A stretch of DNA of 9,773 nt, from assembly GCA_030141605.1 (NCBI GenBank), contig JAQGDQ010002194.1, positions 1 to 9,773 of the forward strand, given 5' to 3'. A model generated the notes under the pieces. The model made no database searches. It had not been told where the DNA came from and saw nothing but the letters and a program-made list of their open reading frames with translations. Source of the stretch: Tubiluchus corallicola (lineage: Eukaryota > Animalia > Priapulida). The position numbers and the translations under genes were made by a program. How positions within the stretch are numbered: the first letter of the stretch is position 1; each line of letters opens with the position of its first letter. Below, in pieces: positions 1-7,616 of the stretch.

Positions 1-107
1 GAAACGTTAGTGAAAACTCTTAATAAAGAATCGTTAATTAAGAATTTTTGATAAGGAATTGTTAATAAAGAAACGTTAATAAAGAATTGCTAATAAAGAG
101 TCGTTAC
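1..107. repeat. Degenerate 14-bp tandem repeat (consensus ~AATCGTTAATAAAG, 7-8 units) in the presumed 3' untranslated region
   Basis: Units at 15, 29, 43, 57, 71, 85 and 99, e.g. aattgttaataaag, aaacgttaataaag, aattgctaataaag. Confidence 0.8.
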
Positions 108-302
108 TGTAAAATATAGTAAAATATTTCTAAACAACAATAAAATTTTATCACTCTGGTATAATAAAATATGCAATGATATAAAATATAAGCACCGATT
201 ATGAATAAAACGTTTGGCTCTTAATCATTTGTTACACTATGGTACCTCGTTACATGGTAAATGTCTTCAATAAAGTTTTTATGAGCATTACAATTGATCA
301 CT

Positions 303-1073
303 TCACACACCATCCATGGTCCCTTCAGTAACTGTTTCCACCACTACTTGGCAGCCTCCTGTAGCTGGAATTGCCACTTCATCATCCTCGGAAGAGGAGG
401 TGGAAGATGAGGAGGAACTCGAGCTAGAGCTCTCGATGACTCTCGCTCTTTTCCTTGGGAATTTATCCCGGGACACCTTGGTTCGGGCCGCGGGCAGCTT
501 TTCAGCCACTGGAGAGGTAGAGAGAGTGCAAGTGAGTGGTGAGTTCCCAGCCACGCCAGATTTTTCAGCCTCTGCAATCTTCACAGAAGGTTTAGAGGCG
601 TGCCTTTATCGAAGTGATTTTAAGTCTCTCTCATGCTCTCGCCTCTCCTTCCGTAGTTGCTCCTCAAATTCTTTTTTCCTGTCCTCCAGCTTCCTCTTCC
701 ATTTCCTCTCCGTGTCATTTATAGCCCGTTTTCTTCTTTCCACCTGCAATTTTTCCCTGATGGTTTCAAGCTCTTTTGAAAGTATGTGCTCCCGGTGGAG
801 CAGTTCTGCTATGGTCGTGGACCCTCCAGACTGGTTAAGGTTAACCGGATGTGGAGGTCGCCGTGAGAAATCGGGAGGTGTAGATTTTTTAATAGGTAAG
901 TCCAGCGGATCGTCTGCCCCGGACAAGGATGGCGGTGGTGAGGACAGCGGTCTCGACTGCCGCGGATCTGACGAACTTCTCAAGTCCGTTTTCTTCTGAT
1001 GTAGTCTTTTTATATGCCTACTGAGATACGACCTCTTCTCCGTGGTGAATCCACATCTTCCACACTGTAGCAT
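303..1073 (-). CDS. Accessory ORF3: C2H2 zinc finger / coiled-coil / Ser-acidic protein (~256 codons) interrupted by one in-frame TAA at 608-606
   Basis: CGRCGFTTEKRSYLSRHIKRLH = C-X2-C-X12-H-X4-H at the N-terminus, then a Pro/Ser linker and a charged helical segment (LSKELETIREKLQVERRKR...EHERDLKSLR). ORFs 606-1073 and 303-584 are in the same frame (CGA TAA AGG CAC GCC TCT AAA CCT TCT GTG AAG). The ATG is preceded by a splice acceptor. Confidence 0.72.
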
Positions 1074-1077
1074 TTTT

Positions 1078-1094
1078 CTGTAAAAGAAAAGAAC
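1078..1094 (-). promoter_or_regulatory. 3' splice acceptor immediately upstream of the ORF3 start codon
   Basis: Minus strand reads TTCTTTTCTTTTACAG|AAAAATG: polypyrimidine tract plus CAG, 4 nt before the ATG at 1073 and just after the integrase stop. Confidence 0.75.
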
Positions 1095-1101
1095 AGCTGG
1101 T

Positions 1102-2436
1102 TTACAAATCTAATCGTTTAGGGGGCTTAATAACCCTCTTTCCTTTTCTTTTTAGTGTTTCCGTTACGTTACTCTGTATATCTTGGTTAACGTTTTGTTC
1201 AGCTACGACATTTTCGAAGAATTTCCCAATAACATCTTCCTCATGATCTTCATTCTGTAGAAGATCATGATCTGCAAGCTGTTTATCAGGAAAATCTTCC
1301 TGTGTCCAATCCCTTGGTAGCTCATCCGAATGATAAGGTTTTAAATTATCAACATGAACCACCTTAGGCATGGAAGATTTTCTTTGCTGAATTTTGAAGA
1401 GCACCTCTGTGATCTTCTGCACAACCAAGTAAGGCCCTTGCCAGCCAAGACCCAGTTTCTTCCTGGTGGCTGGGGGATACCAGTACCATACCCATTTGCC
1501 AACATCAATGTTGAGAGACTTTAAATGGTGATCATAACTACGTTTTTGTCTCTCTGCACATTTATTAAGACACTTTCGTGCATACTCATGAGCCTCTTCG
1601 GCTACGTTCCTCAACCATTCCACATACTCATGTGGACAGGATGGTGGTGGAACAGAATGTGGAGGAGAGCCTACCACCACATCTAAGGGAAAATAATTTT
1701 CCCTCCCAAACATCATGAGATTGGGAGAGCAACCTGTAGAAGTGTGAGCAGTTGCACGGTATGCCATCATCACATATGGCAAATGGTCATCCCAGTCATC
1801 ACGGTTTTCGTTTACAAATACTGACAGCATCTGCTGCAGTGTCCTGTTGAATCGTTCAACCAATCCATCAGACTGCGGATGGTATGGGGTTGCACGTGTC
1901 TTATGAATCTGCAAGGCCTCGCACACCCCCAAGAATAGCTTAGATTCGAACTCAGGACCTTGGTCAGTGTGGATTGATAATGGAACACCATGGCGACAGA
2001 TGAATTCTGTCACCAGGGTATCTGCAACTGTATATGCCTCATGGTTAGGCAAAGCATAGGCCTCAACCCACTTTGTAAAGCAGTCAGATACAACCATTAT
2101 CACTCTGTTCTTCCTCTGAGTCTCCTCCAATGGACCAATTATATCTATAGCTATTCTCTGTAGTGGTGTACTCACGAGCTGCTGTTGCAGCTTCCCAATT
2201 TTCGGCCCTTTACCTGGTTTCCTCCTTGCACAAACAGTGCACTCTCGGCACCACCTTCGGATGTCTTTTTGGTAACCAGGCCAGTAAAAACGCTGTTTTA
2301 CTCTAGCCGTGCTCCGGTGAAAACCTTGATGTCCACCAGTTCGGGGATAATGAAGCTCTTTAAAAACAATCACCCTTCCTTTGGATGGTACAACAAGTTG
2401 CATGATGGGGAAACTTGCGTTACTGGGGTTACCCAA
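1102..2436 (-). CDS. pol: pol segment: integrase (HHCC zinc finger, DDE core, GPY/F motif, C-terminal domain; no chromodomain)
   Basis: ELH...GGHQG...FYWPG...CRECTVC; IAIDIIGPL, IHTDQGPEF, GLVERFNRTL; WQGPYLV; Gypsy-type basic tail RVIKPPKRLDL. Confidence 0.95.
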   Translation of the reverse strand: MGNPSNASFPIMQLVVPSKGRVIVFKELHYPRTGGHQGFHRSTARVKQRFYWPGYQKDIRRWCRECTVCARRKPGKGPKIGKLQQQLVSTPLQRIAIDIIGPLEETQRKNRVIMVVSDCFTKWVEAYALPNHEAYTVADTLVTEFICRHGVPLSIHTDQGPEFESKLFLGVCEALQIHKTRATPYHPQSDGLVERFNRTLQQMLSVFVNENRDDWDDHLPYVMMAYRATAHTSTGCSPNLMMFGRENYFPLDVVVGSPPHSVPPPSCPHEYVEWLRNVAEEAHEYARKCLNKCAERQKRSYDHHLKSLNIDVGKWVWYWYPPATRKKLGLGWQGPYLVVQKITEVLFKIQQRKSSMPKVVHVDNLKPYHSDELPRDWTQEDFPDKQLADHDLLQNEDHEEDVIGKFFENVVAEQNVNQDIQSNVTETLKRKGKRVIKPPKRLDL

Positions 2437-3560
2437 CGCCTATATAGAAATCCATCCTGTAGCTCAAGTAAGTCCCACTGACTCCAATAGGTCTTAAAGT
2501 CTCGAGTCTTCCCTACCATGTCCTTGAAACTGGGCTGTGGCTCATTGTGTTCCTTCAAATCTTTGAAGAACTGGATAGCCTTATCCTGCCCCTGTAACTC
2601 TTTCAAGGACTCAATGGTACAAGGCTGTACTCCTTCACATGGGGCCCTCTCTGCATGGTCTAAGGACTCAAGCTCCCTCCAAGCAACAATCAGCAGAGCA
2701 CTACTCTCCCCTCTAGAGTACACCTTAGCCTCTCCACAACTACGTGAGGGCTGTACTCCTTCACACGGGGCCCTCTCTGCATGGTCTAAGGACTCAAGCT
2801 CCCTCCAACCAACACTCAGCAGAGCACTACTCTCCCCTCTAGAGTACACCTTAGCCTTTCCACAACTACGTGATATTTGTGAAAAGTCACCAGAGCTTGT
2901 TGGCTCCTTCTTAGGCGAGTCAAAAGCCGCACAACAGCTTTTTCCCACCAGCACCTCACCATCTACTTCCGTCTGAATCAGGGCAGATGGATCGGCCGAG
3001 TCCTTTATGGAACAAGCCTGGTACTTTCCTGTAACTGCATCACGATTTACTTTAAGCCTATTATGTCTATGGTCATTGCAGTCATCTCTAGGACACTTGG
3101 CTATTCTGCCAGCTTGGCGTGACAACCCATCAGCATTTCCATGTTGACACCCCTTCCGGTGTTCTATACTAAAATCGTAGGTGTCCAAAATGGATATCCA
3201 CCTAGCGATCATACCTTCTGGGTTCTTGAAATTTATTAACCAGGTCAGAGCTGCATGATCAGTTCTCAATCTAAATCTTCTTCCCCACAAATAGTGGTGA
3301 AAATGTTTAACAAAGGTGATCACTGCTAGCAACTCCTTTTTGGTGGTACAGTATCTCTTCTGAGACTCACTTAAGGTTTTGCTTGCATAAGCAATAACCT
3401 TCTCATCTCCCATCTGTACCTGTGATAAAACACCTCCAATCCCAGTATCACTGGCATCAGTGTCCAGAATAAACTCATCCTCGCCAGTGGGGTAGGCTAA
3501 GACTGGACTCTTTGTTAGCAAGTCTTTAAGGGTCTCAAATGCTTGATTACAGGAGTCCAT
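2370..3560 (-). CDS. pol: pol segment: RT connection/RNase H plus linker to integrase
   Basis: CNQAFETLK...PVLAYP, FILDTDAS, IAYASKTL, YCTTKKELLA, RTDH, HGNADGLSR. Joined to the neighbouring segments by frameshifts near 3550 and 2430. Confidence 0.93.
   Translation of the reverse strand: MDSCNQAFETLKDLLTKSPVLAYPTGEDEFILDTDASDTGIGGVLSQVQMGDEKVIAYASKTLSESQKRYCTTKKELLAVITFVKHFHHYLWGRRFRLRTDHAALTWLINFKNPEGMIARWISILDTYDFSIEHRKGCQHGNADGLSRQAGRIAKCPRDDCNDHRHNRLKVNRDAVTGKYQACSIKDSADPSALIQTEVDGEVLVGKSCCAAFDSPKKEPTSSGDFSQISRSCGKAKVYSRGESSALLSVGWRELESLDHAERAPCEGVQPSRSCGEAKVYSRGESSALLIVAWRELESLDHAERAPCEGVQPCTIESLKELQGQDKAIQFFKDLKEHNEPQPSFKDMVGKTRDFKTYWSQWDLLELQDGFLYRRWVTPVTQVSPSCNLLYHPKEG
2623..2873. 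repeat. In-frame 126-bp tandem duplication (42 aa) in the RNaseH-integrase linker
   Basis: Copies start at 2623 and 2749 with about 4 mismatches. The peptide SRSCG(K/E)AKVYSRGESSALL...RAPCEGVQP occurs twice. Confidence 0.95.
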
Positions 3561-5280
3561 GCAAAAGTAATCCCCTTCTTCGTCAAAGACGAAAGTGGTG
3601 CTGAAATACTTGCAAATTGTGGAATAAACTTCCTGTAATATGAAGCGAAACCAAGAAAACTCCTAACCTCAGTCTGTGTCCTCGGTCTTTGCCAGTCCCT
3701 CACTGCCGAGATCTTTTCAGGGTCACATCTCAGGCCATCTCCTGAAACTATATGACCCAAGAACTTCACACTGGTCTGGAACACCTTGCTCTTCTCTAGT
3801 TTGAGCGTTAAGTTAGCTTCCCCTAACCGTTGGAAGACATCTCTGACATTACTGAGTGCTTCTGGAAAATCTTTTCCAAAGACAATGATGTCGTCCAGGT
3901 AAACAACACATTTCTTCCACTGAAGGCCCCTTAATACGGCTTCCATAAGCCGTTCAAATGTGGCTGGTGAGTTACACAAGCCAAACGGCATTACCCTGAA
4001 TTGGTAAAGCCCCTCCCTAGTAGCAAAGGCAGTTTTAGGCTTGGATTCCTCATCCATTTCTACCTGCCAAAATCCACTGGCCAGGTCAAAGGTTGAAAAC
4101 CACCGTGCACCCCTTAATGCATCAAATATCTCCTCTATTCTTGGCAGAGGATATGCATCTTTGTGGGTGACATCATTCAACCTCCTATAGTCAACACAGT
4201 ATCTGTAACTGCCATCCTTCTTAGGGATTAAAACAATAGGGGCTGCCCAAGGGCTGCAGCTTGGCTCTATGATGCCATCTACTAGCATCTTTTCAAACTC
4301 AATTTCTGCAGCCGCTCTTTTCCTCTCTGGTAAACGTCTTGGGGCTTGTTTAATAGGACGAGCAAGACCTGTGTCTATCTTATGGCGAACAAGTCCATTT
4401 AGACCAAACTGATTATCAGGTCCAACAAACACATCTGCAAATTCGCTCAGAACTACTATTAGTTCAGATTTTTGGTCTGCCGAGAGATGAACAGCTGCCT
4501 CACTTACTAAAGTATTCAAGTGAGGTGGCACAGCAGCAGTGCCCTGTTCATGAATGCAGCCCTGCATCTGCTGTGTGTCTGAAGGCATAGCTGGGTGCCT
4601 CCCCCCTTCTTGTTCTTTGTACGCCTGGTATAAAAAGAGCTCGGGAGATGCATTTCCAGTGCGCTCATCAGAATCTACTTCAGACTCACTATGAGCTTCA
4701 TTTTGCCCATGACCTCTGAAGCACTGAAAGGATTTTCCATCCATAGTCAGAATTCCTACATTCATGTCCAACTTGGCATGTCTTGCTTCTAAGATGTCTA
4801 GTCCCAGTATTCCAAACTGAGCACCAACAGAAGCAACCAACATGGTAGCTGTAGTAATAGCTTCGGCCAGGTGCAACTCAAAATCTGCCTCTCCCAGCTG
4901 ATCAAGAGTGTGACCATTAGCTACATGCACAGTTTTTACTGTAGGTCTCAATATTGGCCTTTTGGTGCCTTGCAACCTGAAGTAGATGCAGAGATCTAGA
5001 ACAGAAGCACTAGCTCCACTATCTACCACAAAGTCAACTGATAAGCCATTAACTATAGCTTTTATATGCCAACAAGGCCTAAAATCCACAGGCAATATTA
5101 CAGCCTGTCTCATTTCACCTTGTGCTGGGTCTGGGCCAGGAAGACAATTCTGGTCTTCCTTGTTCAAAGCCACTTGTACCTCCTGATGCCTGGCAACGGG
5201 GCCAGTGGGAGGTAGCACTGATTTGGCCTCTGATATATCGACCGGTACACTGGCCCCATGCCTGGTCCCATCTAGTTTAA
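3515..5280 (-). CDS. pol: pol segment: aspartic protease and reverse transcriptase, entered from gag by -1 frameshift
   Basis: FVVDSGAS and GILGLDIL (retropepsin); PWAAPIVLIPKKDGSYRYCVDYRRLN, YPLPRI, DLASGFWQ, MPFGLCNSPATF, YLDD (Gypsy RT). The frame is open from the slippery site through the listed GTG at 5218. Confidence 0.95.
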
Positions 5281-5281
5281 C
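5189..5281 (-). promoter_or_regulatory. Programmed -1 ribosomal frameshift signal (G_TTA_AAC slippery heptamer plus downstream stem-loop)
   Basis: GTTAAAC at 5281-5275 directly before the gag TAG; pol is in the -1 frame. 9 nt downstream, CCAGGCATGGGGCCAGTG (5265-5248) can pair with CACTGGCCCCGTTGCCAGG (5207-5189), with a 10-bp perfect core. Confidence 0.8.
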
Positions 5282-6654
5282 GGTGAGGCTGTTGAAACAG
5301 CTTCACCATTACCTTCTGTGCTAACCAGTACAGAAGTATCTCTTAGAGCCATTTTGGGAAGTCTCTCAGGACAACTCCCTTGCATATGGCCTTTACGATG
5401 GCACCTGAAGCATTCTACACTTCGCATCCAGTCAGAAGATCTACCAATCTTCCTGTAATTCTCATCTCTTTCTGTGGCCTGCTTTGGTGCTAGCAAAGCA
5501 GACTTTAATTGTGCTATCTCTTCCACGAGGACAGCAAGTCCTTTAGAGACATCTGCCCAAGGTGTCTCATTGGCCAGAGGTGGCTTCTGCTGGTGAGTTA
5601 CATAACACACTTTTGCAGGCATTGGGGGCTTCTTTGGTCTTCCCTCCAATGTTTCTCTGACGACAGCCTCATATTGGGCAACTTTTGTAATTGCCTCTTC
5701 AAGTGTCTTGGGCTCTTGGAGACTGGTGTTCTTTCGCAATTCACCGTCCCCAAGTCCTTCAAGATACTTGTCTACCAGTAACTCTTCGCAAGCATCTCTA
5801 TCCATGCCAGGATATGCCATGCCAAACAATCTTCTGACAGTGGCACCATACTCTTCAGGAGTCTCATTAGGCTTTCTAGTATGTTGCCTTAACTGACTCC
5901 TGTACTGCAGCATTCGTTCAGCAGGATTGAACCGCCTGTTCAGTGCCTGAACAAGAGCATCATAGCTCAAGTCAGGGTCCTGACTGGCTTCTATGGCTAC
6001 CTCCAGTGCATCCTCTTCTAGACAGAGGGTAAGCTGTTCTACCCACTCATGACGTGGCCATGCATTGTACCTTGCAACCAGCTCAAACTTGGCAAGAAAC
6101 TGCTTGAACTGCAAGCTGTTTCCCCTTCTAAAAGTCGGAGCCTTCTTCTCTTTAGCAGATCTACTGCTTCTAACAGGTGACAATGCACGAACAGCTGCTG
6201 GAGACCTACAGCGCGGAGGAAATAATTCCCGTGCTGAACGTGGTCTCTTAATACCAGAGCAATGTCTCTGGTTTCCAGTAGCCATGCTGGGCTCCTCAGA
6301 ACCACCATCTATTGACCACATTGAAGCACCTTCATCTCCTGCTGACGAGACGGTAGCTTTTTCAACTGGAATCTCTCCAGTTACTGCTGTGCCACATGTC
6401 CCTAATGGCACACTCTTGGGCCTGGTGCCAGGCCTATGCACACTACTACGCTCAGCCTCCTGCCTCAAGGCTGCTGGGATATTCCTCAAGGTTGGCCGAG
6501 ACCTGAGCACTCCAAGCTCAGGTGAATAGGCATTTATCACCTCGTCCCCCAACTCTGCTGACCTTCCTGCTGCATGGGCTTTTTCAGCCTTATTGCAACT
6601 TGGCCTAGGAGTTGACGTGACAAATGACCTCAAGTATGCCCAAAATGTTGCCAT
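5272..6654 (-). CDS. gag: Gag polyprotein (capsid-like domain plus CCHC zinc knuckle)
   Basis: ATG at 6654 in strong Kozak context (AAGATGG). PTF...FKQFLAKFELVARYNAW, ETPEEYGATVRRLFGMAYP; CFRCHRKGHMQGSC = CX2CX4HX4C. Confidence 0.92.
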   Translation of the reverse strand: MATFWAYLRSFVTSTPRPSCNKAEKAHAAGRSAELGDEVINAYSPELGVLRSRPTLRNIPAALRQEAERSSVHRPGTRPKSVPLGTCGTAVTGEIPVEKATVSSAGDEGASMWSIDGGSEEPSMATGNQRHCSGIKRPRSARELFPPRCRSPAAVRALSPVRSSRSAKEKKAPTFRRGNSLQFKQFLAKFELVARYNAWPRHEWVEQLTLCLEEDALEVAIEASQDPDLSYDALVQALNRRFNPAERMLQYRSQLRQHTRKPNETPEEYGATVRRLFGMAYPGMDRDACEELLVDKYLEGLGDGELRKNTSLQEPKTLEEAITKVAQYEAVVRETLEGRPKKPPMPAKVCYVTHQQKPPLANETPWADVSKGLAVLVEEIAQLKSALLAPKQATERDENYRKIGRSSDWMRSVECFRCHRKGHMQGSCPERLPKMALRDTSVLVSTEGNGEAVSTASPLN

Positions 6655-6698
6655 CTTCCAGTGCTTACTCAGCACTTTCTCACTTTAACTTTGTACAG

Positions 6699-6717
6699 AT
6701 CCCGGACGACGCACCCA
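6699..6717 (-). promoter_or_regulatory. Primer-binding site, tRNA-Pro-like
   Basis: Minus strand TGGGTGCGTCGTCCGGGAT versus the canonical tRNA-Pro PBS TGGGGGCTCGTCCGGGAT (1 mismatch plus 1 extra base), a few nt after the LTR-terminal CA. Confidence 0.85.
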
Positions 6718-6957
6718 GAAATGTGTAGTGTGGCGCACTTGGCATATGGTGGTGTTACGTCTGCTTGTCTAGGGGTATGGTGGCACACACTCACATTTGT
6801 TAGTCTTGAAGACCAACAATGATTTACAATTGTGGATCCATTTGTACAATTAAGCTATTTTTAGCAAGTTATAGTGAGACAGTGTGTTTGTTCATGTGTA
6901 GGTGTATTGTCATAATGCACAACCAGAATAATTCAAAAGCAAAGTCAAAGTTAAATG

Positions 6958-6963
6958 TTTAAT
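6958..6963 (-). terminator. Candidate polyadenylation signal ATTAAA in the LTR
   Basis: Minus-strand ATTAAA followed by T/GT-rich sequence (CTTTGACTTTGCTTTTG...TTCTGGTTGTG), downstream of the TATA box. Confidence 0.4.
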
Positions 6964-7381
6964 GTTATATTTTGCATCAAATAAGAATCTAGCCAGAACA
7001 TTTCAGTTCATGTATAAGCATAATACACTACACGTATCTATGGTCTCTCTGGTACACTTGCCCTGGTCTCCTAGAGTTTAACACTGTGCAACCAACTCAA
7101 GACAGGAGAGCCTTCCATTTACATGCCAACCTGCTGCCTACACAACACTGCTCCACTAGTAGAGAACAGCGTAATTATACTTATTCAGTATGGCACTATA
7201 CTTGTTCAGTATCTATGACTATGGAAGCAGGTCTATGACTAGCTTTATCCAAGCCAGAGACTCTCCTGGCAGGGTTACCTGACAGAGTTAAATCCTGTGT
7301 ATTTCTACACTGGTCCTGTGCATATGCTGCACCTTATTTACTAGAGCCTGTGCATGTTCTGCACTGGACTTAGTAAATGAC

Positions 7382-7390
7382 ACTTACCTT
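7382..7390 (-). promoter_or_regulatory. Consensus 5' splice donor AAG|GTAAGT in the LTR leader
   Basis: Perfect match to MAG|GTRAGT, about 200 nt downstream of the inferred transcription start. Confidence 0.6.
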
Positions 7391-7422
7391 GTTCAGGTAG
7401 TGGAGACAGCTGCTCAGTCCTC

Positions 7423-7582
7423 CTGCTTATTCAGCAGTGGCTGCTTATTCAGCAGAGGTTGCTTGTCCAACAAGACTGCTTGTTCAGCAGTGGCTGCTTA
7501 TTCAGCAGAGGTTGCTTGTTCAGCAAGGCTGCTTATTCAGCAGAGGTTGCTTGTTCAGCAAGGGCTGCTTGTTCAGCAGCTG
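7423..7582. repeat. Nine tandem 17-18-bp palindromic units (YTGCT-TRTTC-AGCAR + 2-3 nt)
   Basis: Units at 7423, 7441, 7459, 7476, 7494, 7512, 7529, 7547 and 7565; CTGCT/AGCAG arms are inverted complements. Confidence 0.93.
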
Positions 7583-7609
7583 TCCACTTTTTGCTCCAAA
7601 AACTCCTCC

Positions 7610-7616
7610 TTTTATA
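7610..7616 (-). promoter_or_regulatory. TATA box of the LTR promoter
   Basis: Minus strand CCTATAAAAGG in element-sense orientation, with a TGACGT (CRE-like) motif just upstream at 7637-7642. Confidence 0.7.

Noticed and set aside
316-999. 227-aa + strand ORF as an antisense gene
   Set aside because: Its Ser/Phe/Leu and Glu runs mirror the low-complexity ORF3 codons, and it has no recognisable domain. It cannot be fully excluded without stranded RNA data.
303-1073. ORF3 as env
   Set aside because: No signal peptide, fusion peptide or transmembrane anchor; it is hydrophilic with a C2H2 finger.
1102-1330. Chromodomain at the integrase C-terminus
   Set aside because: The tail is acidic then basic with no chromodomain motif (e.g. 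YLVKWKG).
2185-2976. + strand ORFs 2185-2481 and 2518-2976
   Set aside because: Antisense shadows of pol; the second is lengthened by the 126-bp duplication.
4986-6529. Short + strand ORFs opposite gag/protease
   Set aside because: No motifs; expected by chance opposite a coding strand.
6655-6675. GTG start for gag at 6675
   Set aside because: In a eukaryote the in-frame ATG at 6654 with strong Kozak context is the more plausible start.
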